Below, piece by piece: positions 10,241-19,395 of a stretch of DNA of 46,565 nucleotides (its first letter is position 1; each line of letters starts with the position of its first letter). The stretch lies in contig CAZVCD010000001.1 of the NCBI GenBank assembly GCA_964625675.1, forward strand, positions 1 through 46,565, written 5' to 3'. The notes beneath the pieces are model-generated. The model was not told the origin of the DNA. It saw only the letters and a program-made list of their open reading frames with translations, and did not search any database. The position numbers were made by a program, and so were the translations under genes. Source of the stretch: an uncultured Victivallales bacterium (GTDB lineage Bacteria > Verrucomicrobiota > Lentisphaeria > Victivallales > GWF2-38-69).

Positions 10241-12451
10241 ATGAAAAACAAATTTCTACACTCTCTCGCTATCATCTTTTCCTTACTTCTCGCTTTCAAC
10301 TTGTATTCGACAACAGAAACTACAGTTTTACCGAGTCCAAAAACAACAAATGGCACCAATAATAAGAATAATACTGCCTATACTTATAACAGCCCGAAAT
10401 ATATTGACTGGCTACTCAAACAGTCAATGCTTTATCAGGCGACAGAGAAGCTTTCAAAAGAAGTTTCAGCCAAAGGAATAGAGTGGAGACATTCCTATTT
10501 CCTACCACAACCGAAAAAGGTAGTAAAACGTGCCTCTGCATGGCTAGATATTTATCCAATATCAATGATTGGACGAAAAGGACAAAATACGCTACAGTTT
10601 TTGGCGGAAGAAAAACTATGGAGCGCCTTAAGCAGCATTGGAATAAAAGCAATTCACACAAACCCCATGCAGACAGCAGGCGGCATTGTAAAAAGACACT
10701 ACACCCCCTCTGTAGATGGTGGTTACGACCCTATTATGTATAAAGTTACATCACAATTCGGAACTAAAGCTGAATATAAAAACTTTGTAGAAACGGCAAA
10801 AAAATATGGGGGAATTGTCGCCGGAAGTATTATTCCGGGACATACCGGTTTAGGTGCAGATTTTAGGCTGGCCGAACGAAATTATGGTGATTATCCAGGT
10901 ATTTATTCAATGGTGGAAATAAAAAAGGAAGACTGGAGTATTTTGCCTGATGTTCCCAACCAGTGGCACACTGTTTACGTATGCAGGGAAGCAGTAGAAA
11001 AGCTACATAAAAAAGGCTATATACCCGGCAGATTGCAAAACGTAAGATTCAAACCACCTGGTTTAGAGGACAAAGTAACAGGCTGGGATGCGACTGCAGC
11101 AATAACAGGGGTTGACGGAAAAGTCAGACGTTGGGTTTACCTGCATTATTACCGTCCTGGGCAGGCTACAATGAACTGGCTTGATCCGTCATTTGCTGCC
11201 CAAAGAATTATATCAGGAGCAATAATTAATAATTTTATAGAATTGGGCAACAAAATAGTCAGGCTTGACGCTAACGCATTTTTGGGCATAGAACCAAAGA
11301 ATAATTCAGAGGTAACATGGTCAGACGCAACACCTCTAACTATTGAAGCAAGCAACTATATTGCAATGTTCGCAAGAAAAATGGGAGGTTGGACTTTTCA
11401 GGAAGTTGGTCAACCACTCCCTATTATGAAAGAAGCAATGAAACTGGGACCTGATATAACAATAGATTTCATAACACGAACTGGCTTGACACATGCTATT
11501 TTTTCTGGGGATGCACGCCTGCTTAACTTAAAACAGCGTCAGATGCTTGAGGCTGGAATATCTCCTGTTTCACTTATGCACTGCCTACAAAGTCATGATA
11601 GCTTTGGGTATAGTTTACTAAATAACAAAGAAGACGGCAATAAAAAGTTTAAATATGGTACAGATATTTTGACTGGCAATAAAATTAGCAACCAGGTTAT
11701 GCAAGATTTTAAAATAACTAAACCATATATAGGCGGCGGAAAAACTAATATGTGCACTACATACTGTGGATTGCTGGCGTCACGGTTTGGAGTAGATGAT
11801 TTAGATAAAATTTCAGATAAAAATATAAATAAAATCAAAGACGGTTTAGTTTTAGCTACTATGTACTCTGCAATGCAGCCTGGTATTATAATGATTTCGG
11901 GTTGGGATCTTGTCGGCGCACTACCTTTATCAATGAAAGATAAAAGTATCAAAAAGTATTTAAAACAAGGTGATTACCGCTGGTTGAACCGTGGTTCATA
12001 TGATCTTGCTGGATTAGATAAATATGCAAAAAAATCAGCATCAGGTATAACAAAAGCAAAAGCTCTGTTTGGTTCGATAACAGAACAATTGAAAAATCCT
12101 AATTCATATGCCAGTACATTAAAGCATATTTTGGAAGTAAGAGAAAAATATCAAATTCCTTTATCCGAGATGATTAATGTTCCAGAAACTGGCAATCCCG
12201 CTATCACCATAATAGTTAACAAACTTCCTAATGCCAAAGGTTATCAGGTTACCGCATTAAACTTTGGAGATAAAACTGAAAATGTGACTATTGATTTAAG
12301 TAAGATAATAAGAAAAAATATTTCTCAGTTAAACGGAAGCACAGTTATAGATATTCTCAATAACAAACAACCAGATTCAAAAATTTCATCTAAAAGCATA
12401 ATGAAAATAACCCTGCCTTCAATAACAGGAAGAGCTCTATTGATCAAATAG
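10241..12451 (+). CDS. Secreted GH13 (alpha-amylase superfamily) enzyme, TreY/TreS-like
   Basis: 736 aa with an N-terminal signal peptide. GH13-like regions IIPGHTG, VRLDANAFLG and QSHD. Length is similar to maltooligosyl-trehalose synthases. Substrate unknown. Confidence 0.65.
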   Translation: MKNKFLHSLAIIFSLLLAFNLYSTTETTVLPSPKTTNGTNNKNNTAYTYNSPKYIDWLLKQSMLYQATEKLSKEVSAKGIEWRHSYFLPQPKKVVKRASAWLDIYPISMIGRKGQNTLQFLAEEKLWSALSSIGIKAIHTNPMQTAGGIVKRHYTPSVDGGYDPIMYKVTSQFGTKAEYKNFVETAKKYGGIVAGSIIPGHTGLGADFRLAERNYGDYPGIYSMVEIKKEDWSILPDVPNQWHTVYVCREAVEKLHKKGYIPGRLQNVRFKPPGLEDKVTGWDATAAITGVDGKVRRWVYLHYYRPGQATMNWLDPSFAAQRIISGAIINNFIELGNKIVRLDANAFLGIEPKNNSEVTWSDATPLTIEASNYIAMFARKMGGWTFQEVGQPLPIMKEAMKLGPDITIDFITRTGLTHAIFSGDARLLNLKQRQMLEAGISPVSLMHCLQSHDSFGYSLLNNKEDGNKKFKYGTDILTGNKISNQVMQDFKITKPYIGGGKTNMCTTYCGLLASRFGVDDLDKISDKNINKIKDGLVLATMYSAMQPGIIMISGWDLVGALPLSMKDKSIKKYLKQGDYRWLNRGSYDLAGLDKYAKKSASGITKAKALFGSITEQLKNPNSYASTLKHILEVREKYQIPLSEMINVPETGNPAITIIVNKLPNAKGYQVTALNFGDKTENVTIDLSKIIRKNISQLNGSTVIDILNNKQPDSKISSKSIMKITLPSITGRALLIK

Positions 12452-12531
12452 CTAGAACTAAAATTGAAGGAAACAAGTTAAATTTTATATAAAATAAGCA
12501 AAACAGAGAAGATAAATACTGAAAGGATATC

Positions 12532-13995
12532 ATGATTACCAAAGCAATAAGTAAAACCCGTAAGACAAAAAATTTAAGAATACCTGTTTCACAGGCTATT
12601 AATGAACATGAGATGACATTAAAACACTGGGGTCTATGGCTTATTACAGGTGCTGGATTTGCTCTTGACGGATTTGATCTGTTTATTATCGGTGTTGCTA
12701 TGCCTTTACTTTTACAACAATACACATGGTTGCAGGCTGACCCATTTATGATAGGACTACTCGCCGCCGCCGCTCCAATGGGTGCTATTATCGGTTCTGC
12801 CGTTTTTGGAAGACTAACTGATACACTGGGAAGGAAATTTATTCTACTCCTTAATATGCTTATATTTATAGTTTTCTCAATCCTTTGTGGCGTAGCCTGG
12901 TCTGTATGGTCACTCTTTATATTCAGGTTTATTGCCGGAATTGGTATTGGAGGAGAATATCCTGTAAACTCATCATATATAGCAGAATTGATTCCCAAGA
13001 AAAATAGAAAAAGAATGCAGGTTGGAAACTTTTCTTTTCAGGCAATAGGAGCTGTTTGCGGTGCCTTAATGGGAGTTATTATTCTCCAGTTTTTACCCTA
13101 TGTTTGGACTTGGAGAATTATGTTGGGAATACCCGCAGTTTTCGCTGCGATCCTATTTTTCTTCAGATTAGGTATGCCGGAAAGTTCCAAATGGCTGGCG
13201 ACTAAAGGCAAATCTAAAAAAGCCGGTAAAAATTTATCAATACTTTCAGATGAAAAAATCAAACTTGAAAAAAGAGATGTTATAAAAACCAAATATATGG
13301 ATATTTTTAAGCCTAAATTTTTTAAGCTTACAGTTCTATCTGCCGTACCATGGTTTCTAATGGACATAGCCTTTTACGGTATAGGGATATTTACTCCGAT
13401 TATCTTATCCAAGCTCTTTAAATATGATGCCCATAATTTTATTGAGGAAGATCTTCATTCGATCAAAAACGCATTATTTGTTGATCTCTTCCTAATTATA
13501 GGAATAGTCATCGCAATAATACTGGTTAAGAAAAGAGGCATGGTAAAACTTTCATCATATGGTTTCTACGGTATGGGGATTGGGATGCTGATGCTGTTTT
13601 CTTCTATTTATCTGTTGCACACACCTTTATACACACCTCTTATCATTGTCGGTTTTGTCCTATTCTATCTTTGTGTAAACGCTGGACCGAATCCAATGAC
13701 TTTCATGATTCCTGCTAGAGTATACCCTACTGAACTGCGCGCGACAGGACATGGTTTTTCCGGTGCTTTTGCAAAACTCGGTGCAACAGTAGGGATTGTC
13801 CTACTGCCATGGATGCAGGATCAGATAGGAATATCAGGAATGGCACTGGTTATGGCATTAACATGCTTTGCGGGTGGAATTATCACTCAATTTTTTGTCT
13901 ATCTCATAATAAAAGATAAGCAATTATATAAATACCAGAAAATTATTGCGGATTTAAAAGGTGCTAAGTTTAATACCCAAGCTGTAGAAAAATAG
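12532..13995 (+). CDS. MFS transporter (sugar-porter / phosphate:H+ symporter-like)
   Basis: 487 aa, 12 TM helices. GRLTDTLGRK loop motif, GIGIGGEYP motif and a large central loop. Confidence 0.8.
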   Translation: MITKAISKTRKTKNLRIPVSQAINEHEMTLKHWGLWLITGAGFALDGFDLFIIGVAMPLLLQQYTWLQADPFMIGLLAAAAPMGAIIGSAVFGRLTDTLGRKFILLLNMLIFIVFSILCGVAWSVWSLFIFRFIAGIGIGGEYPVNSSYIAELIPKKNRKRMQVGNFSFQAIGAVCGALMGVIILQFLPYVWTWRIMLGIPAVFAAILFFFRLGMPESSKWLATKGKSKKAGKNLSILSDEKIKLEKRDVIKTKYMDIFKPKFFKLTVLSAVPWFLMDIAFYGIGIFTPIILSKLFKYDAHNFIEEDLHSIKNALFVDLFLIIGIVIAIILVKKRGMVKLSSYGFYGMGIGMLMLFSSIYLLHTPLYTPLIIVGFVLFYLCVNAGPNPMTFMIPARVYPTELRATGHGFSGAFAKLGATVGIVLLPWMQDQIGISGMALVMALTCFAGGIITQFFVYLIIKDKQLYKYQKIIADLKGAKFNTQAVEK

Positions 13996-14079
13996 AAAAA
14001 GACCATATTTCATAATACACTTATACCCAAACTATTTGAACTGGTATTTTCTATACATTATAAACAATAAGGAAAAACA

Positions 14080-16227
14080 ATGAAATTTAAAAAATTCTTT
14101 TACTTACTAACAGGCATTTTTTGTGTAACATCTTCTCAGGCAGTGTTTGCAGATAATCTCGACTTCAGTGTTAACGTTGGTACTGATAAAAATTACTTTG
14201 TTCAATCAGAGAACGGAGCATTTCATGTTATTCTAAGCAAAACACCTAAATCAAGATGCGTAATAGCCAGTCCAGCCGGCAATTCCGGATGTGCACTATT
14301 ATTTAGGGGCAATGAAGCTCCTAAACTCATGGGCAGTCCAATTATCAACGGCAAAGAAAGTGTTACTATAAATATAACCTCCCCGTCTCCACATCTTATT
14401 GATATGGCTATATTAGGATCATTAAGAGTTGTAAGAGACCATACAGAAGGTCATGCACTTAATAAAAGTTTAAAAAGAATTAGTGATAATATAGATAAGC
14501 TTAAAGATAACCCCGAAAGATATAAGGCTGCAAAAGACTGGCTGAACCCAACGTGGAAAAAATCTGATGACGGCAGAGCAATAACTCTACATTTAACAGC
14601 TCTTGACACAAAAAACTGGTACGAACTACAAATAAAATCAGAAGACAAACAAATATACGTAGATAAAAAACATAACTTCAACGCTTTGAAGTCGACAATC
14701 AAACTTCCGGCCGGCGAAATAGCAATCACATACTCTTCTTCATTTACCCCTTTAACTCCTTTTACTTTAAAAGAACTGCTTAATAAAAAAGCTCTTGAAA
14801 CTGTATCAAAGGCAGACAATCCACATATTACAAAATTGTTGAACGGCCTTCGTTTCCTTACATACAGAGAAAAGTATCTCGCAGGTTCCTGGAGATTTCT
14901 GACCTATTTTGGTAGAGATTCACTACTCTCACTCAGAATGCTAATACCTATCCTGACACCGGATGCGGTGGAAGCCGGAATAACTGCTGCTGCTGCGCGT
15001 ATAAATAAAAATGGAGAGGTAGCGCATGAAGAAGATATTGGTGATCAGGCTATTATAGACCAACTCACAGACTCCAACGGCAGTACTTATGCCAAAAAAG
15101 GATACAAAAACATTATAAACAATTATAATATGATTGATCAAAACTTTCTTCTTCTTCCTTTACTGCTGGACTACTACTATATCGGCGGAAGAAATGTATT
15201 TAAAAACGACTCTGAAACCTATGTGCCTATATGCAGAAACCTGAACCTTGTATTTAAACAGATTTATAGCGAAAAACCTATATCGTTAAAAAAAGGAATG
15301 GATGCAGGCGACTGGCGCGATAGCAATACCGGACTTGGATACGGAAAATATCCTTTCTCCGTTAATGCGGCCATGGTCCCAAGCGCACTTGAATCTTTTG
15401 ATATTCTTATAAATAAAAAAGCCTGGAATAAAAATGAGTTACTTAAAGTCGCTGAAAAAGAAAATTTCACATACCTTAAAAAAGCACTTAATGAATCAGA
15501 CAGTCTAAATAAGGCAAAAGAAACATGGTTCAATATGTGGTCTAAATATCTAATTAAACAGCCTGCTGCAGAGCGGACTAAATTATTAAATGAAAACAGG
15601 AAAGAACTGGGATTCACAGCACTAAAAGAACAACCACCATACACATCAGGCTTCCTGGGACTATCGTTAAAAGAATCGCTGAAACCTGTTCCTATTATAC
15701 AATCCGATACTTTATTCATGCTCCTTGATTTTTCAATATCAGATCGTTCTAAATGGTTCACGCCAGCCTGTGCCCCATTTGAAATTAATTTACCTGACGG
15801 TTTAATGTCAGATGCCGGAATGATTGTTGCCAACCCGGCACTTGCAGGTGAAAAATACAGAAAAATGTTTGACGTAAATCATTATCACGGTGAGGTTATC
15901 TGGGCATGGCCACAACTAATGCTGAAGGTAGCACTTATGAAACAACTCGGAAAATGGATTACACCTTCGCCTTCCGGAGACAAACTATCCTCTAAAAATA
16001 AAGCCAAACTAACACAAATATTAAGCAAAGATTCAGAATTGTTAAATAAACTAAGCAAGTGGGCTACCTCTGAACTATGGGCTTGGAAACTTGATAAAAG
16101 TGGCCATATTATCCCTGTCGCTTATGGTCAAGATGCCGCAAATGATACAGAATCCAATGCCGTTCAACTGTGGAGCGTTGCTGCACTGGGCCCTGAACTA
16201 TGGGATTTAATGAATAAGAATAAATAA
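14080..16227 (+). CDS. Secreted uncharacterized protein with glycogen-debranching-enzyme-like (alpha/alpha)6 region
   Basis: 715 aa with a signal peptide (SSQAVFA-DN). The WRFLTYFGRDSLLSLRM motif resembles the FGRD motif of amylo-alpha-1,6-glucosidase/GDE_C-type hydrolases. The rest is unrecognised. Confidence 0.5.
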   Translation: MKFKKFFYLLTGIFCVTSSQAVFADNLDFSVNVGTDKNYFVQSENGAFHVILSKTPKSRCVIASPAGNSGCALLFRGNEAPKLMGSPIINGKESVTINITSPSPHLIDMAILGSLRVVRDHTEGHALNKSLKRISDNIDKLKDNPERYKAAKDWLNPTWKKSDDGRAITLHLTALDTKNWYELQIKSEDKQIYVDKKHNFNALKSTIKLPAGEIAITYSSSFTPLTPFTLKELLNKKALETVSKADNPHITKLLNGLRFLTYREKYLAGSWRFLTYFGRDSLLSLRMLIPILTPDAVEAGITAAAARINKNGEVAHEEDIGDQAIIDQLTDSNGSTYAKKGYKNIINNYNMIDQNFLLLPLLLDYYYIGGRNVFKNDSETYVPICRNLNLVFKQIYSEKPISLKKGMDAGDWRDSNTGLGYGKYPFSVNAAMVPSALESFDILINKKAWNKNELLKVAEKENFTYLKKALNESDSLNKAKETWFNMWSKYLIKQPAAERTKLLNENRKELGFTALKEQPPYTSGFLGLSLKESLKPVPIIQSDTLFMLLDFSISDRSKWFTPACAPFEINLPDGLMSDAGMIVANPALAGEKYRKMFDVNHYHGEVIWAWPQLMLKVALMKQLGKWITPSPSGDKLSSKNKAKLTQILSKDSELLNKLSKWATSELWAWKLDKSGHIIPVAYGQDAANDTESNAVQLWSVAALGPELWDLMNKNK

Positions 16228-16229
16228 TT

Positions 16230-16865
16230 ATGTTAACAAAATTTATAGATTTACTGCTACCCTATCAGGAATACACTTATCCTGCAATATTTATTATTCT
16301 AATCGCCTGTGGCCTTGGATTGCCAGTTCCGGAAGATATCACCTTGGTGGTAGGCGGAATATTTGCAGCATATAAAATAACCAATTTCTGGTATACAGTT
16401 ATTCTCAGTCTGGTGGGCGTCCTTGCAGGAGATGCCATCGTTTATCTATTAGGTCGTTTTCTGGGAAGCAAAATTCTTAAATCAAAATTCTTTTCAAAAA
16501 TGATTAAAGCCAGGCACCTTGCAATGGTAAGGCTTGCTTCATTTAAATATGGAAATTCTCTTATTTTCTTTGCACGTTTTATGCCAGGATTTAGAACACC
16601 AATATATTTTTCAATGGGAATGTTTAAAAAACCTTTTCATGTTTTCATGACCATAGACGGAATAGCAGCTCTAATTTCAGTTCCTGTATGGATATATGTT
16701 GGTATGCTTTTCGGTGACAATATCCCGGCACTGGAAAAACATGTTAAACAAATGGAACACGGAATATTAGTAGTTCTTGCTATAATAATAATACTCGTTA
16801 TTCTTTTCCACTTCTTAAAGAAAAAATTTATTTCGTTCATTTTTAAAAAAGCTACCCCGAAATAA
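16230..16865 (+). CDS. DedA/VTT-domain family membrane protein
   Basis: 211 aa. Motifs LGLPVPEDITLVVGG and FFARFMPGFRT are typical of DedA. 2-nt gap to the upstream gene. Confidence 0.8.
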   Translation: MLTKFIDLLLPYQEYTYPAIFIILIACGLGLPVPEDITLVVGGIFAAYKITNFWYTVILSLVGVLAGDAIVYLLGRFLGSKILKSKFFSKMIKARHLAMVRLASFKYGNSLIFFARFMPGFRTPIYFSMGMFKKPFHVFMTIDGIAALISVPVWIYVGMLFGDNIPALEKHVKQMEHGILVVLAIIIILVILFHFLKKKFISFIFKKATPK

Positions 16866-16974
16866 TAGCTTATTTACCACCAACAAGATAAATCTTGTTT
16901 TTGTCATTATATTTTGTTACGTCGCTTAATATTGTTGAATATGAACATGTTAAAAAGCAAATTCCTGTACATTT

Positions 16975-17038
16975 AAACACAAATGAACACCAATATTTCT
17001 TTTCATTAGTGCTTATTCGTGTTAATTCGTGGCTAAAA
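16975..17038. repeat. CAC(T/G)AAT-unit intergenic repeat element, locus 1 (inverted arms)
   Basis: The sequence aaatgaacaccaata, a spacer, then cattagtgcttattcgtgttaattcgtggctaaaag. Related to the elements at 23548, 37357 and 37567. It overlaps the last codons and stop of the FUSC gene. Confidence 0.7.
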
Positions 17039-19259
17039 GATCAATTTTAATTTGCTGTTCAGTGATCGATTTAAGTTTTATAACAACTCTTTTTAGAGTT
17101 AGGACAGTATGCGCATAGTCGTGTTTTTCTGCTAATTTCTTGTCTTTCATAGCGCCTTTGCGCAATAAAAACTTTAGATCCTCAATTTCGGCAATTAACT
17201 CGGAAAAATTAAAATCTTTTATATCCAAAGACTCTTCTTTGATACATTTTTCAGATATTTTCTTTACTAACTTTTCTATATTGAAAAATATTCCCGGCTT
17301 TAATTTTCTCAGAAATGAAATTGTTTCAGCATTCATATTATTCAATGTATTTAATGCGAAGGAAAGGCGCTCTTGAAGATCTATCCATTCTTCTACTATT
17401 ACTAACTGTTCTTTATTTATATCATGCAGCCCATGCATTGTTTTTATTGTCAACTTTAATGAAGTCAACATTTCTATGAACGGATATCCAAAAAGAACTT
17501 TTTCGTCACTAACCTCAGTTGCAGCCAAGTTTTCCCAAACATTTTTAATACGTTTTTTTAGTGTAACTAAAAGATTTTCGTTCCAAAATGATACATTAAT
17601 AAGCCAAACAACAGCAATAGCAAAAAAAATCCCTATAAATCTATAAACGACAAACTCTATATTCTCTTCAGGAGCTGGCCCATGGATCGTTGCTACCATA
17701 TAAGCAATCGCAATCTGCAACCCGAGATATGATATATTTGGGCCGCCTGTCATAATGTATCCTGAAAAAAACATAACCCAAAAAAAGAAAAAAAACATTA
17801 ATATTGTAGAATCTATTTGCATTCCTAAAAATGTAAACCCCAGTATTAATCCTATAAAACATCCGCTTATACGCAGGATACTCTTCAAATTACTTGACAC
17901 TAGATCAGGCTGAACGACAGTCATCACAGCTACTGCTATTTCTAAACCTCCAAAACCTGTTTTAGGAAGCTCAGAGAAGGCAAAGGCCCAAACTACCAGA
18001 ACAACACTTAAGCCGCCTTTTATTGCGTATTTTAGGGAAGGTATGTGAATAAATATATTAAATCCTAAAAATGTACCCTGATAAAAATCAAACATCTTTT
18101 CCTTGATGTTTATAGTTTTTTTCTGTACAAGTTCTTCATAGGTTCGTAATTTTCGTTTTGAATAGCTTATATACGTCAAATGAATTTCTTTTAATATCAG
18201 AACAAATTCGTGAAAGAGTAATACATCTGCCACTGTATGTTTTACATTTTCTCCTTTACTGAGAGATTTGTCATATTTTATATCCAGTAATGAGAATAAT
18301 TCTCTTATTCTATTATTTATTTCATTCTGTCTTATTGCATTGTTTTTTTCAATAAACGAATAAAGTTTATCTATTTCTGCAATTATTTTAAGACAGATAG
18401 ATGAGTATTTCCTTTGATATGAAACATTCTTTAGTTTTTTAGCAGAATTAAAAAAATCATATATTTTATCTAAATTATATTGCATCCTTCTGCATTTTGA
18501 TTCTGCATCTGCAACAGTACCTTTAACCATTTTTGCTTCAAGAGCAGCGGCTCCAAGTAATTCTTCAATCGATTTTAATTCTATTTTCAGTCTATTGTAT
18601 TCTTCTATTATAGGTTCATAATTATACTTCATTGCCAGATAATCACTAAAAACTTTTTGATAGAAAAAATGAAGTTCTTTTTTTATTTTGCTCAATTTTA
18701 AATTCAAATTTTCAAATGCAGAATCAGGCCATATATATATATCTATTATTAATGAAACTAAGATGCCTATTATTACATTGGCCGTACGAAATACTGCTAC
18801 GTCAATTAAATTTTCTGTAGACGTAGGCACTGCAACTCCTACCATTGTTATGATAATATAAGTAATCCCAACAAGATACCAGGCATAGCTGTATTTAGCT
18901 GTCGCCTTCTTATAAAACACCACTCCCATTATTAAAAATATAGCTACTGAATAGGCTATATGATTTTCCACACATAAACCAAATATAAAAATAGAAAGAA
19001 AAAAACCTGCAAGAGTTCCAACTGATCTCAATAACCCCTTCTTAATTGTTGCTCCAAGGTTAGGCTGAAGCATTATCATTGCAGTTATTCCTGCAAACAG
19101 TGCATCACCAAGGTTAAGAGCAAAGCAAATAAGCACTGCCAAGACAGCACTCAATGCTGTCTTTGCTGCACGTTTCACATTTTTATTTTTCCAGGAAAAA
19201 TCTGTGACAAGCTTCTTGCCGTCGCCATACATCCCGTTAATGTAATAACTTAACTTCAT
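17022..19259 (-). CDS. FUSC-family (fusaric acid resistance / aromatic acid exporter AaeB-like) membrane protein
   Basis: 745 aa. Two multi-TM hydrophobic blocks separated by and followed by long coiled, charged cytoplasmic regions, the duplicated FUSC architecture. Confidence 0.7.
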   Translation of the reverse strand: MKLSYYINGMYGDGKKLVTDFSWKNKNVKRAAKTALSAVLAVLICFALNLGDALFAGITAMIMLQPNLGATIKKGLLRSVGTLAGFFLSIFIFGLCVENHIAYSVAIFLIMGVVFYKKATAKYSYAWYLVGITYIIITMVGVAVPTSTENLIDVAVFRTANVIIGILVSLIIDIYIWPDSAFENLNLKLSKIKKELHFFYQKVFSDYLAMKYNYEPIIEEYNRLKIELKSIEELLGAAALEAKMVKGTVADAESKCRRMQYNLDKIYDFFNSAKKLKNVSYQRKYSSICLKIIAEIDKLYSFIEKNNAIRQNEINNRIRELFSLLDIKYDKSLSKGENVKHTVADVLLFHEFVLILKEIHLTYISYSKRKLRTYEELVQKKTINIKEKMFDFYQGTFLGFNIFIHIPSLKYAIKGGLSVVLVVWAFAFSELPKTGFGGLEIAVAVMTVVQPDLVSSNLKSILRISGCFIGLILGFTFLGMQIDSTILMFFFFFWVMFFSGYIMTGGPNISYLGLQIAIAYMVATIHGPAPEENIEFVVYRFIGIFFAIAVVWLINVSFWNENLLVTLKKRIKNVWENLAATEVSDEKVLFGYPFIEMLTSLKLTIKTMHGLHDINKEQLVIVEEWIDLQERLSFALNTLNNMNAETISFLRKLKPGIFFNIEKLVKKISEKCIKEESLDIKDFNFSELIAEIEDLKFLLRKGAMKDKKLAEKHDYAHTVLTLKRVVIKLKSITEQQIKIDLLATN

Positions 19260-19395
19260 AATAATGTTGATTTCATACAGGAGTGGTTTAATATTAAAAA
19301 TCGAGTTAAACTGGTATATTTATAATAATACATAACTTACAGAAAAATTTAAACCGTCAACAGATTAATTTATATAAGAATACAAAGTGCATTAA

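Noticed and set aside
12444-12998. 184-aa minus-strand ORF overlapping the 5' part of the MFS transporter gene
   Set aside because: It is fully antisense to a gene with clear MFS motifs. The product is low-complexity and Ile/Pro/Ala/Ser-rich with no family resemblance. It is a typical shadow ORF.
15264-15833. 189-aa minus-strand ORF, and the many 60-125-aa ORFs nested antisense in large genes (e.g. 11593-11952, 14451-14819, 30317-30685, 33288-33533)
   Set aside because: All lie inside longer ORFs that carry recognisable domains. They have no SD or start context and no recognisable motifs.
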